A stretch of 64,000 nucleotides of DNA from Scyliorhinus canicula (lineage: Eukaryota). The stretch covers positions 20,348,018-20,412,017 of the forward strand of contig NC_052159.1 in the NCBI RefSeq assembly GCF_902713615.1. The letters run 5' to 3'. Each line of letters begins with the position of its first letter. Position 1 is the first letter of the stretch. The translations under genes were made by a program, and so were the position numbers. The notes beneath the pieces were generated by a model. That model worked only from the letters and a program-made list of their open reading frames with translations. It searched no databases and was not told the DNA's origin. This document shows, one piece after another, positions 47,565-62,500 of this stretch.

Positions 47565-50500
47565 CTAAAAGAAAAACAAGTTTTAAACAAAGATTATTTC
47601 AAATTAACAAAAACATTTTGAAATAATTATTTCCTCATTAATAATTCTTCTCCCTCATCTTATGCTTCATATTAGTTAAAGTAGCCTCAAGTGTCCTGAA
47701 CTGGGACCGGGGGCAAGTCACGGTTGTGATGCCTAGGAAGTTGGAACATGCCAGCTGACCAGTCTCAATGATGAATGATCACCATTGGCCAATTACCGGA
47801 TGCCCACTTGGGTAGCGATGAGCCACAGGGGCATTTAAACGAGAACTCCGACCTCAAAATGGATCAGGCCACTTCACCTTGAAATGAGCAGGCTGACGGT
47901 AACTCCAACCGTTACACCTCGTTATCAGCGTTAATTCACTTTTCATATCGACTTGGAACTTACTGACATTAGCTGTTGGGCAAGATTACTTCAGACATTT
48001 CACTGATAAATTCAAAAACATCTCCTGCCCAGGAGGGCCTTTTACAATTGGTCTGAAGCTGCTTTGGTAGATCGGGCTGATAATTTGGCTGACATATTCC
48101 ATGGATTCATTTCCAGCTGGCTGCTAATCATCTCTGTATGGATTAATTCCTCATGCTAGATTCCAATCGCTAGTGCTCAAACCAGAGTAGAAAAGACTTG
48201 GTATTGATTGACACAAGGCCAAAAAGTGGCAAGCCGTTGATTTAGTTCAAGAAGCATATGTGTCTTTCCAAAGTTCATATCCAGCCAGTTTGATACAGAC
48301 CATCTAATAAGTCATCTAAATCCATGGCCATGGGATGTGAACGGTGCCATCCCTAATTACCCTTGAACTGATTAACTTGCTCGGCCATTTCAGAGGCCAG
48401 TAAGAGACAACAACATTCCGGTGGTAGTAGCGACGCTGAAAATCCAGAGGCAGTTGCACCAGTACTTTAGGCTGGGGACGGGGTTCAAGAGAAATGCCAA
48501 TTCGGGGGAATCATAGATTTGAGCCAGGGAAGTGGGATGGGAATTTTCAGAGATGGGAGGAGAAGGGAGTCAGGGCAATAAAGGATTTGTTTCTGCGGGG
48601 CCAGTTTGTGGGACTGGAGGAGCTGGGGGCGCAATATGGGTTGGGGCAGGAGAAATGTTTAGGTATATGCAGGTCCGAGATTTCGTAAGTAGGAGATACA
48701 GAGCTTTCCGGTGGCGCCGGACCCCCAACCTGTTGGAGGAGGTGCTGACGACAGGGGGAATAGAGAAGGGGGTGGTGTCGGCGATTTATGGGGCGGTTCT
48801 GGGAGAAGAGAAGGCACCGCTGGAGGGGATTGACAAAGTGGGAGGAAGAGTTGGGAGAGGGCATGGAAGAGGGGTTGCGCGTGAGGTGCTTCGGAGGGCG
48901 AATGCTTCAACTTTGTGTGATACAGCTGAAGGTGGTGTACAGGGCACACCTCACAAAGGCAAGGGTCAGCCGACTCTGTGAGGAGATAGAGGATGTTTGG
49001 AAACGTTGTGGCGGGTGGGGAGCGAGAGAGAGGAGCCCGCAAATCACGTTCATATGTTTTGGTCCTGTCCGAAGCTGGAGGGGTATTGGAGGGAGGTCTT
49101 CAGCGTAATTTCAAAGGTGGTACATATGAAGCTTGAACCGGGTCCTCTGAAAGTCATATTCGGGGTATCAGATGAGCCAGGGTTGGAAGCGGGTGCGGAG
49201 GCACATGTTTTAGCCTTTGCCTCACTGATGGCCCAAAGGTGGGTCCTGCTGGGGTGGAGGTCAGTTTCTCCACCCTGTGCCCTTGTGTGGCTATCTATTG
49301 GAGTTTTCAACACTCGAGAAAGTGAAGTTTGAGTTGAGGGGAAGGATGGAAGGGTTCTATAATTCATGGGCTTTGTTTATTATGCACTTTCAGGAGTTGG
49401 ACGGCATCAAACACTGGGGCCCCAGAGGAAACTGGTTTGCACTGTGAATGTTGTTGGTGACTATGTATGGGGTGATGGTGGATTCCTGATTCCTTTTCTT
49501 TGATGTTTGTATTTAAAATGTTGAGGGTTGTTTGGGGGTTGGTGGGAGGAAGGGATTGTTGGCCAGGGGATTGGCATTATATTTGTTGCCGGTGATTGTT
49601 TGTTGTTGGGTGTAAATTAGAATGAAAATGTGAAAAAGGAGAATAAAAGTATATATTTTTTAAAAAGAGTCAACAACATTACACTGGGTCAGATGTAGCT
49701 GGACCAGGTAAGGATGGCAGGTATCCTTCCCTAAAGGATATCAGTGAACCAGATGGGTTTTTACAACAATTGATGATACTTTCATGGCCACCCTGACTGA
49801 GACTAGCTTTCAATTCCAGATTTTTATTAATTTGAGCTCATGTCCCCAGGGGATTAGCCAGGGCCTCTGGATCACTAGTTTCAAAAGAATAGACAGTTTC
49901 ATAAAATCTCTACAGTGCAGAAGGAGGCCATTCTGCACCGACACTCTGAAAGAGCGCCTACTTAGCCCACTGGCCCTACCCTTTCCACAAGTCAGTGTTG
50001 AGAAAAGAGGCAAGTAAGGAGAATCAGAAGATCAATTAGAACATAGAACATAGAACAGTACAGCACAGGACAGGCCCTTCGGCCCTCGATGTTGTGCCGA
50101 CCAATGATCACTCTACTCAAACCCACGTATCCACCCTATACCCTTAACCCAAGAACACCCCCCCTTAACCTTACTTTTTAGGACACTACGGGCAATTTAG
50201 CATGGCCAATCCACCTGACCCGCACATCTTTGGACTGTGGGAGGAAACCGGAGCACCCGGAGGAAACCCACGCACACACGGGGAGGACGTGCAGACTCCT
50301 CACAGACAGTCTATTAAATTGGGATCAAACAAACCGTTTCGGTCTGAAATTATTAAACTAGATTAGATTAGTATGGCGAGGAATGTTTAATATTTAAATC
50401 ACAGAATTGTTATGGCGCAGAAGGAGGCCATTTAGCCCATCGTGTTTTCCCAGCTCTCCGAACGAATATCATGACTTTGTGCTATTTCCCTGCCTTTTTT

Positions 50501-53500
50501 CCATAACCCTGCACATTGTTTCTAATCATCTAAATGATAAGTAATCATCTAATACCCTCTGAATGCCTCGATTGAACCTGGCAGTTCATTCCAGACCTGA
50601 ACTACTCATGTGAAAAAATATTTTTTCTCACATATAGTTGCTCAAATTCACAAAATGCGGATGTATGATGATCATATAAAGCATTCTCTTTAATGATTTG
50701 CTTTAAAATGCCACTTTACAAAAAAAATTGTGCAAGGATTAAGTTTAATCGATTTAATGGTACTCCTCAACAGACATAGTTTAAAACTGTTCAGTGATTT
50801 CCACCGAATACCATTACAGAAGTTTAATCAATTTAATGGGACCCCTCAACAGACATATTTTAAAACTGTTCAGTGATTTCCATTGAATACCATTACAGAA
50901 TGCATCATAAACAAACATGATTTCATCTTCTGTCCAAGCCCTTGGTTCCTGCCAGTCCTACTCACCAGTTTACGTAATGGAATGGTAGCAGAGGCTCCTG
51001 CTCAGTCCCCTCACCAACTGCCAGTCCAGATTTTAAAGCTTTAAAATTAGCTTCAATGTCTTTTTTTAAGATGTCCAAACTAACAGAAGACCCACTGAAG
51101 TAATTTAGAACTTTCTGCAAGGAGAAAATAAAGACACTTTAATGAAAAACAGCTCTCTTTCAATTGCCTCGTAGACACTGCCACCACTCGGTGTAGTATT
51201 AAGCTGTGCAGAACTGAGTATCCTGAATTTGATTCCAGGTCTCTGCTTATATGTTGTGAAGGAGTTTTTTGCACTGCTGGTTTTCAAAGTATCTTGCAAA
51301 ACTGGTAGCAATTCCAAATTAAATCTGTTGGATTCATAAAGGTCACTTTCCAGTAAAACCAGAAGGTTTACACTGGGGTTGCCACTGGTTACACGAGATC
51401 AGGGATTTTCAAAACCAAGATTGATCAATTTTTGTTCTGTAAGATACCCAGACCTGCGGAACAAAAGGTGGGTCAATGAATTTGGAGTACTGGCTAGTCA
51501 GATGTAATTGAATGCTCTAGTGGCTAAATGGCCTACAGAGCTATGTTCCTAACATGTTCAACAAAGCTAAGTGATGTTTTATTAATGCGTCATGTTGCAA
51601 ACATCAATTAGCAAAGAAGAACAGAGGAGTTTTTTTTAAAATAAAGAAATACCTCTCTTTCAGTTGTGCTTATTTGCTAAGGATTGTTAGTGATGTTGCT
51701 CAATTGATCAATATTTTTAGATGCACTCAATTCTTTCAAATGTATGAGCTCTAACACCTATTTTGTGTTCCATTAGTTTTGTCTTTTAAAAAGAATTGAA
51801 AGATGTGAAAAGGTGCCTCGGAATAAATTACAGGATTAATACAACTGGTTCGGACTACATGCTGAGCTTTAACAGTCAACAAAAATAGGAAAGGGAATAA
51901 GGGCATGATAAAAATGCCTGATGAAACATCACCATAACGGACAAAGGATTACAACAATCATTTTTACAATGTGCCCCGAGGTTAATCAAGATGGTACTTA
52001 CATACAATACTGAAAGCTGATGTGCTATGTACTTGTGGCTTCCCAGGTGCTGCACATCATCTTCCAACTGTTGGCTTAAAACCAGGAGCTGATTTAGTTT
52101 CCCAATGTGGGAAAAATAATCTGCATTGAAAGCACAGACAAAACAACATTAGACTTCTGCCCTCAACAGCTTAACTGGCGCAATACAGTATGGTTTCCTT
52201 GACGGGAAAGGTGTCTATTGGCAAAGGCGTCTGTTGGCAAAGTAGGGAAGATCAATAGAATAGGTGAAGCTATGTGCAAAACTACTGATTATGAAGAACT
52301 TATCAAGTGTAATCCATGTATAATGAAGCTTTTAGAGCATGGTTAAAAAAAAAACTTCCTCTGAATTTAATCAGGATATAAGGGCTCATAAATATATTAC
52401 AATTAGCACAAATAGAACAATAAATGTGTTATTGACCTACAAATGTTGAGAGAACAATTCCATGTAATTAATTAGCTATTCATAATACATTATCCAGCAG
52501 TTACATTTTATAACACATGTACACAACACAAAATTACTCAATTTATAATGCAACACAAAATTGGGTAATATTATTGAATCACCCGCATTTCACTGAGGAA
52601 TTCATAGATTCATCACACAATTCAAGAATGTAAGAACATTTCACTCAATGATTCAAGTGATCTTCATGGGGATCAATGTTTTCACCCTCAGAGGGTTTTT
52701 GTGTATTTTCTTCTTCATTTTTCCGCTTAAGGGACAATTTAGTGTGGCCAATCCATCTACCCTGCACATCTTTTGGGTTGCGAGGGTGAGACCCATGCAG
52801 ACACAGGGAGAATATGCAAACTCCACCCGGACAGTGACCCGGGGCTGGGATCAAACCCGGGTTCTCGGTGCCATGAGGCAGCAGTGCTAACCACTGCGCC
52901 CCATGCCGCCCAGGTTTTTGTGTATCATACGCACAAGTATAAATAATAACGGCAGTCATTCAATAATCTGAGATAAACTTGATTTTGAAAAACATATTCT
53001 TTGCATGGGTCTCAACTCCACAATCCAAAGGTAAGAGGGCACGGTAGCACAGTGGTTAGCACTGTTGCTTCACAGCACCAGGAATCCAAGTTCGAGTCCC
53101 GACTTGGGTCACTGTCTGTGCGGAGTCTGCACGTTCTCCTCGTGTCTGTGTGCGTTTTCTCCAGGTGCTCCAGTTTCCTCCCAGAAGTCCCGAAAGACGT
53201 GCTTGTTAGGTGAATTGGACATTCTGAATTCTCCCTCAGTGTACACAAATAGGCACAGTAATGTGGCGACTAGGGAATTTCCACAGCAACTTCATTGCAG
53301 TGTTAATGTAAGCCTACTTGTGACACTAATAAAGATTATTATGTGCAGGGTAGGTGGATTGGCCATGCTAAATTGCCCCTTCATTGGAAAAAAAAAAGAA
53401 TTCAAGGTACTTAAGAAAACACAATTCATGCATGCGCAGTAGCTGGATTTGCTTTCCGACACACATAAATAACATATTTTTCTTGCTCTTTAAGACCCTG

Positions 53501-56500
53501 CATGCTGCACATTATTATCTTGATGAAACATGTAAATAATCTCTTCCCAGGACACCACCAGTGCAGTAAAAGCACTTTACATTTTTCTATAGGCACAACC
53601 AGAGAGAGGGAACTTCCTTGCGGCAGTATTTTCCTGTCACCACACCAAATCAACACTGTTGGGAGGGTGTTAAGCTGCTTCTAGAACCCAGGAAGGAATC
53701 CAGCTCCATATATTTGGGTGTCAGTAGAGACTTATTGAAAGCTCAGCAGCCCCCTCAAAAAAATGGAAGTTTCTAGTGTCATCAACTCTGAAAGTCAGTG
53801 CCTTTATGTTAAAGAGGGTTGTCAACAGTGAGATCTCCATGTGCCTGTTGCCCATGGTACGGCTTGCAGCTAAAAGGCTTCCTGACCAGTTGTTAAGAGG
53901 AACTTAACATCAATCCAAGGCAATACCGTTTGCTTTTCTTTAGTTAATTGTGAGATACAATAGAAGCATGATAGGGACTGAGAATGTAATGTGTGAGTAA
54001 TGAGAAGTGCAAACCCATGTCCTTCCCCAAAATATAAAACAATAGCAAACCATTGTTTTTTTAAAAAGCGAAAATAAAAGACAACAAAGTTTTATACAAA
54101 ATAAATTCAGAAAACTATGCTACTATTAGTTATTAACTCACCTGAATGCAAAACCCTCATAGTTCTTCTTACGTGCAACAAAAAGCCACCTTTGATGTAA
54201 AAGCTACAGAAAACCGTAGGGTGAGTTTCAACACTAAACAAAAATTAAAATAAAATGTAATCACTATAATTTAATAAAACAAAATAAAAAGCACCTAAAC
54301 TAAAAAAGAAAGTACTTCTTGGCCCACGGTTTTTGTGAATGATGCATCACATGTTCTAGCTCCAGGTTTCTACATGTTTGTGCAGCCTTATTTCAAAGCC
54401 AATGTCAAAGCAACACTGTCAGTCATGTTTCGCAACAGTTCATTAGTCTCAGACATTTTAAAATAGGCAGCATCATAGTGAAGAAGCTAAATTGACAAAT
54501 GTTGTATTCAGGTCTGATGAAATATGGATGTAAACACAGCATTTTTAAGCCCAGAGAAAACACCATCTTACATTTGGTTTGTTAAGTAAACATTCAAAGA
54601 AGATATAAATAAAGGTAGCAAATGACCACTTTGTATTCCTTGCTATCAGATAGGCTCCTCCTTCCACAAACATTCAAACCCTCCACCACCGATGAACTGT
54701 GGCAGCCGTGTGGACCATCTGCAAGATGCACTGCAGTAACTCACCAAGGTTCCTTAGGCAGCACCTTCTAAACCCACGACCACTGCCATCTAGAAGGACA
54801 AGAGCAGCAGATACATGGGAACCCCACCACCCAAAATCTTGGAACTCCCTCCCTAACAGCACAGTGGGTGTACCTACAGCAGTTCAAGAAAGCAATTCAT
54901 CACCACCTTCTGAAGGGCGACTAGGATGGGCAATAAATGTGGCCTAACCAGCGACACCCATATCCCGTAAATTAATTTTTAGAAAAGATAACAGGAACTT
55001 GTTTATGATATTTCTGGACACTTTGATCTTCATCGTATATCATTTCATTCAACTCCATTAATTAAAATTAAAATGCTGTTGAAGACTTTGTGTGAAGCTT
55101 GAACCTACTCTGCTGCAGAGAAGCTAATGTTATTACGATTTTAAGCTCGTCGTGACAGAAAGATGAAGAAGAATTGAAAATATACTAAGACATTTTGCAG
55201 TTTCAGATGTCCAGAACTCTTTCAAAAACAGAAAATGCTGGAAATACTCAGCAGGTCAGTCAGCATCTGTGGAGAGAAACATAGCGTTAACATTTCAGGT
55301 CAATAACCTTTCTTCAGAACAAAACAGATGAAAGGTTATTGACCTAGAGATTAAATCTATTTATCTCTCAACAGATGCTGCCTGACCGGCTGAGAATTCT
55401 TTTCTTATTTCAGATTTCCACAGTATTTTGCTTTTGCTCTACTCATTTTAACATGGAAACCCCAGGAATCAATTTCCCTTATCTTTGCTTCTGGAGAACA
55501 CTGATTTTGAGAATGCTTGGATTAGAAAGACAGCTGAAACTGCTTTCACTTATAAATACTATACCGTTTCATTTAATTAAAAAATATATATTTTCCTGAT
55601 AAACCCTCATAGCTTCCCCTTGCTGTTCTAAAATATTTTCCTATTTTCTCCTTTATCTCGTTGTAGTCCTCATAAGTCAACATCCGTCAGAAACAGTTGC
55701 ACTCTTCCTCAAACCTGTTCAGATAGATTGAAAGCAAGCAATCTGAACTTGAGCAATAAATGCGGTTAACAGAAACGAAAGAGAAAATGCTGGAAAATCT
55801 CAGCAGGTCTGGCAGCATCTGTAGGGAGAGGAAAGAGCTAACATTTCAAGTCCAATGACTCTTTGTCAAAGCTTTGACAAAGAGTCTTTGGACTCGAAAC
55901 ATTAGCTCTTTCCTCTCCCTACAGATGCTGCCAGACCTGCTGAGATTTTCCAGCATTTTCAAACCATAGATCTGAGCCAGGGAAGTGTGATGGAAATGTT
56001 CAGAGGCGGGAGAAAGGAATTAGGACACTAAAAGATTTGTTTCTTGGGGGTCGTTTTGCGGGATTGAAGGAGCTGGGAGCGAAGTATGGGCAGGAGCAGG
56101 GGGAAATATTTAGATACATGCAGGTTCGAGACTTTGCCAAAAAGGAGATACAGAGCTTCCCAATAGAGCCGGCTTCCACATTGCTGGAGGCGGTGCCGAC
56201 GACAGGGAGACTGGAGAAGGGGGTAGTATCGGCGGTTTACGGGGCTATTTTGGAGGAGTTGGCGCTGTTGGAAGGGATCAAGGCAAAGTGGGAGGAAGAG
56301 TTGGGAGAGGGTATGGAGGAGGGGTTCTGGTGTGAGGTGCTTCGGAGGGTGAATGCCTCCACCTCGTGTGCGAGGTTGGGGCTTATACAGCTGAAGGCGG
56401 TGTATAGAGCACACCTTATAGGGGTGGCGAGGATGAGCCTGCTCTTTGAGGGGGTAGAAGGTGTGTGTGAACGTTGCGGGGGAGGCCCCGCAATCCACGT

Positions 56501-59500
56501 TCATATGTTTTGGTCCTTTCCAAAGCTGGAGGATTACTGGAAGGAGGTGTTTAGGGCAATCTCTAAAGTGGTGCACGTGAAACTGGACCGGGGCCTCGGG
56601 AGATCATATGCAGGGTGTCGGACTAGCCGGAGTAGGAAATGGGCGGGGAGGCAGATGTTGTAGCCTTTGCCTCGTTGATCGTCCAAAGGCGGATCCTGTT
56701 AGGGTGGAGATCAACCTCTCCACCCTGTGCCCTGGCATGGCAGGAATTCTTAACGCTTGAAAAGGTCAAATTTAAACTGAGGGGAAAGATGGAGGGGGTC
56801 TACAATTCTTGGGCGTTATTCATTATGCACTTTAGCGAATTGGATCACATCAAGCATTAGGGGGTTTGGGGCTGGGAGGGTTGGGGGGAGGGGGACTGTA
56901 TGTGTTAATGGTGACTATGGGTGATTCCTGATTCCTTTTTGTCATTTGTTTATGTCAACATGCGGGCTAATGTTTGGGGGTTTGATGGGAGGATGGGATC
57001 CTGGTTATTGATATGGGGATTGACATTACATTCGTTACTGATTATTGTTGGGTGTAAATTTGGGAGAAAATGTGAAAAAGGAGAATAAAAAATATATATT
57101 TTTTTAAATTACACCCTGCGATCCTGACGAGTAGTTGTAGAATCACAGATCATCTACAGCACAGAAGGAGGCCATTTGGCCAGTTCACTGCAAGAGCAAT
57201 TCAGCGAGTCTCTCTTTCCTGACGTTTCCTCAGGGCCATCAAATTTTTTGGCCTTCGGTTGCTTATCCAATTCCCTTTTGAAAGCCATGATTGAATCTGC
57301 ATCCACCAGTCTTTCAAGCAGTGCATTCCAGATCCTAACCACGCACAGAGTTAAAAAAAAAAAATTTCAAGGGTCGCTTTGAATTCTTTTGCCAGTCACC
57401 TTATATCTGTATCCTCTGGTTCTCGCCCCTTTTGCCAATGGAGCAGTTTCTTTCCATATACTCTGTTCAGATCCCTCATGATTTTGAACACCTCTGATCA
57501 AATTTCTTCTCAATCTTTCCTTCTCGAAAGATAACAACCTTGGCTTCTCCAGTCTATCCACATGCCTCTTAAACCTCCACTTTATGTTGTGCATAGAATT
57601 GGATACTGTCCGTCAATTGAGGTTGAATCAGTGTTTTATAATGATTCATCACACCTTCCTTGCTTTTGTACTCTACACCTAGAGTTATAAAAGGCCAGGA
57701 TTTAGTGTGACATATATCCAGGTCTCTCTCTGTTGCTGCACCCATTTTAGAATTGTACTCTTTAATTATATTGCCTCTCCTCATTCTTCCTGCCAAAATG
57801 TATTCCCTCGCGTGTCATCTTTTGTTTACACCATCTTCCAGCATCATGTTCTCTTATTGTTTCATTTTAACTGCCAAACCTCCCAATGTAATCATTATCC
57901 TTTATTCAGTAATATGCTTATTTATTTGATGCAATTTTACAGTTCTTCTGTAGAATAAAAAAACAGCCAGAACCAAAATTAATAAGAGCAATACGTTGGT
58001 ACAAATATAATTTACTTGTAGAACATCCACAAATGTATCAAGACAGGGAAAACATTCTTACCATCCATAGGAGGCCGTTCTAACATGTCAACAGGTCGAC
58101 CGTGTATTACAAATATTTCAACACGGGGAAACAATGTTGACAATCCTTGAGAATCCAGATAGTCCTGTAAAAGACAGTGTACTTTACGGGCTGTGAAAAG
58201 GAGACAATTTTGCAATAATACAGCAATAACACCCCTTCAGAAAGTGCTTCATGTCCCAGGAGTACAATTGTTTTTTATAATTGTAGTACCTATAAATTCT
58301 TTCCAAATAGCGTCTTTACTGCAGATAAACTTCTCAAAATCACTTCATATACCTTCCATTAATATCACCAGTGTATCAGAGCTGTAACTTGAAGTACTGT
58401 AATGCAAATAGTTTTCAACCAACCAATGTATATCTAGATAGAAACAATATAGCATACCATACTACAGTTAATTAGAGTCTTAAAAGATGATAAAGCACAT
58501 CACCTCCAACTGTGGAACAGGATCTGGCAGGTGCTCCAGATATTGTTTAATTCGTTCAACATAATCTACACCTGTATGAGAATGAAAGAACAATTTGAAA
58601 AACAACCCAAGCATGTTGTTGAATTCTAATATATCATTACTACACCCTGAATAAGTATTTAAATGTAAAGTATCGCTTCCAAGTTAAATGTTTTTGGGGC
58701 TTATTCAGCCCCCATTCTTTATTATTAGTACATATGAACATACAAAAAAGGAGCAGGAGTAGGCCGCTCGAGCCTGCTCCGCCATTCAATAAGATAATAG
58801 TTAATCTATTTGCATTGTGTATTCTACATTCGCATCTAACTTAACAACCCTACCCCTTCCCTGAAGCCTCACATATGTTCCTTGGACAACGAACACCCAA
58901 CTAGTCATCATTTACTCGTGAGCTTCATGCGGCATGTTGTCAGAATATGGAACAAGCCTCTGTCTATGTCCGCATTCACATGGTTCCAACAGAGTTCATT
59001 TGATAAGGATCAGGCTTGGAAATCCTCACCAATTTTCCCTCCTTCTATCATGGACACTGAGATCAACGGAAACATACTGATCACTCTTGCTCCCTGGATG
59101 AGATCAGCTAACTGAGCACACCACACTTTTACTTTGAAGTTTTAAAAAAGTATTGTTTCCTTTAGGTTTCTCTCCAATGTTCATCGAAGATGGCAGAAAT
59201 GTAACCTGGGACCCAGACCACTGCCAATGCAATACCAATACTATTGACTGCAAGGAAAGGTAGAAGAGCACTGCGGGTTAATGCAAATTACTGTTTACCT
59301 TATTTTATTCTCCGGAACGTGACTCACTTCTGTTGAACTGAGCACGGTTTTCTGCTCGTGTGTTTGCCCACTACCCCCGCCCCCGCCCCCTTGGCAAGAA
59401 AATCACAAGCTAGTGAACACCAATATGGAGAAATACATGTGGAAAACCCCAGTCATTATTTATTCTCCCTCCTTCTTAACTGAGTTTACTATAGAAAACA

Positions 59501-62500
59501 AATGGTACTAATATCCTGTGCAGTCGGTGCACCATATTTCAACAGTGCAGTATGCATAAACATACACAACAGAACACAACCACATTTTAGTGTGATTGTA
59601 TGCAAGAAATTATCTTTCGAGAATTATAAAAAGTCCAATCAGCACTATCACTGACTAAACTACGTAAATAGGTGAGCAAAGTTAAATTTATCTCAATTTA
59701 CAAAGTGGCACGGAGAATTTAGCCAAATGTCATTCATCTGGAAATCAAAGGGGATTTGTAGGTTGCAGGTCTCCCCCCACCCCTCTCCCAGGTTAAGTAG
59801 GCTACTGGGAGACCGAAAGGGCGCCCTCGGAAAGCAAAGTGGAATAACAAACATGCGATATTGAACAGGAAAAGAACAGCAAAATAGAACATAAAAACAC
59901 CATCTTTACCTACTCTTTATTTTCACAGCCTCTGCCTACCTTCACCTCCCACTGCCTGCAAAACATCACCTAACCTTCCTAACCACCTTGTCTATTCCTA
60001 GCAGCCAGTGGCGACGACCCACCGTATGCTCCAGAAACCTTCTGCTGGGACAGATTAAAGACATCTCAATTTGGGAACCAGTGAGAGACAATAAAAACTG
60101 TACATTATTATATTCACCACAGTATTTAATTTTGGCTTGAAGAGCTGTCTAAAGAACAAATGTACTTACCTCTTATGTGAAAAGACTCTGACTCTACAGG
60201 ACTTTTATCTTCCCTAAGCTGTTCCTGCAACTACAAACAATAGTCACTATTAGTCAAATGATCGCACAAACCTTTCCTAATTCAGAATAGAAAAATGTTA
60301 ACACTCAAGTAATTTTGTACTAAAGCAGAGAGCTGAAGGTGAAGTGGCACAGGGGCAAGGTAAAGTGGTTCAAGGTGAGAGAGAGGTTCCCCTCCAAGAT
60401 GCACAACATCCTATCTTGAACATAAATTGCCGCTCCTGCATCGTTGAAGTGATGAGGAAAGATTTTTTTCACCCAGAGGGCTTTTGGGCACTGGAACTCA
60501 CTGCGTGAAAGGGTATCAGAGGTAAAAACCCTCAACTCATTGAAAAGGCATCTGAATATACACCTCGAGTGCAGTAAGCTTCAGGGTGACCAACCAAATC
60601 TAGGAAGTGGGATTAGGCTGGGTGGCTCATTTTTCCGCCGGAGCAGGCTCAATGAGTTAAGTGGCCTGTTTCTATGCTGTAAACTTTCAATGATTCTATG
60701 ATTATGGGAGGATATTTTCATGAGGCATTAACTCTTTAAGTTGTTAAACTATTTCTTGCATATACCAATGGACAATAAAAGATACTGGTATTGCATTTTC
60801 AGTTGCTTGCATTTGATTACTATCACTGTTCAATCTCCCTATAAAAAGAACATTTTCTACAGAATTCGAACAATCATAAAATAACTAATTTTTATTTTTA
60901 AAAGGTATCAGCTAAAGTCACAATTTAAAAAATTCTAACCAACTTGTTTTGTAGCTAATATATTTATGATGTGGAGATGCCGACGTTGGACTCGGGTTAA
61001 CACAATAAGAAGTCTTCCAACACCAGGTTAAAGTCCAACAGGTTTGTTTTGAATCACTAGCTTTCGGAGCACTGCTCACCTGAGGAAGGAGCTGCGCTCC
61101 GAAAGCTAGTGTGCCTTTGCAAAGCAGGTCTGGAGTGAGATGCAGTGGTATCTGTCAAGGTTCATCCCGAGCAGCTCTGTAACACAGGACTCTGTGCTCT
61201 ACGGACTGTTTCCAGGGACACACACCGAAACAAATATCAACTGCTGCTGGAAGGTCATCAACTCGGTGAAAGACGCTCTTTGGTTTGCCCGAAACTTGCT
61301 GATCTTCCAGTGCAAAGAACTGTCCTCGACCGAGTGTTGCAGACTGGCACATTCCAAGCTCCAGGACTACGTGCTGAGGGACGCACTCAAGCTTGGGGCA
61401 GCTGCCGCCAAGGCGCAATGGGGAAAGACCACAGTGTAAGGTCTTACCAACAAATGTACACCGAGGGGTTGGTAACAGTGTAAAACCCCTCGGCCCGGGT
61501 CTTCAATACCACAATGTATGAAAGAAGCAAAACAATGTAAATATTTAAGAAAGAACTGTAACTCATTGTAGGATACGTGTGTAACGTTATCCCAATTGAA
61601 TTGAAGAAAGACAAATGAATGTAACTCGGATGGAAATGCACAGTCAAGACAATTTGAAATGTTCTGTAAAGTTTATGATAAATTTTATGAATAAAGTATA
61701 TTTTTTGAAAAAAAAACTAGCTTTCAGAGCACTGCTTCTTCCTCAGGTGATTTGAGACCTGAGACCCGAGGAAGGAGCAGTGCTCCGAAAGCTAGTTGAA
61801 ACGAACATGTTGGACTTTAACCTGGTGTTGTAAGACTTCTTACTGGACTTTAATCTGGTGTTGCAAGACTTCTTAATATATTTATGGCCAGTCATTGATC
61901 ACACCACACTGAACTGTCAAAATTACGTACTTGATGCACCTCTGCCCGGATAAGGAGATCAAGCTGAAAGCAGAGAGACCAGATTTCCACAGCCACCTGC
62001 TCACTACTCAGTTGGATGGGTTGAAGGGGTTTCTTAATGTTAACATCCACTGCACACAAAGAGAACAAAGCACATGTTATATTATGAATATGCAAAGTTA
62101 ACCTGTACAACACAACAAAAGAAAACATAGAATACACAGTGCAGAAGGAGGCCACTCGGCCCCTCGAGTCTGCACTGACCCACTCAAGCCCTCACTTCCA
62201 CCCTAACCCCGCAACCCAATAACCCCATCTAGCCTTTTAGGTCACTAAGGGCAATTCATCATGGCCAATCCAACTAACCTGTACGTCTTTGGACTGTGGG
62301 AGAAAACCGGAGCACCCGGAGGAAACCCACGCAGACACGGGGTAAACGTGCAGACTCCACACAGACAGTGACCCAGCGGGGAATTGAACCTGGGACCCTG
62401 GCGCTGTGAAGCCACAGTGCTAGCCACTTGTACTACCCTAAACCTGGGACCCTGGTGCTGTGAAGCCACAGTGCTAGCCACTGGTGCTACCCTAAACCTG

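Noticed and set aside
51080-51317. ORF-track peptides upstream of exon 7
   Set aside because: Intronic; the real exon begins at acceptor 51114 in another frame
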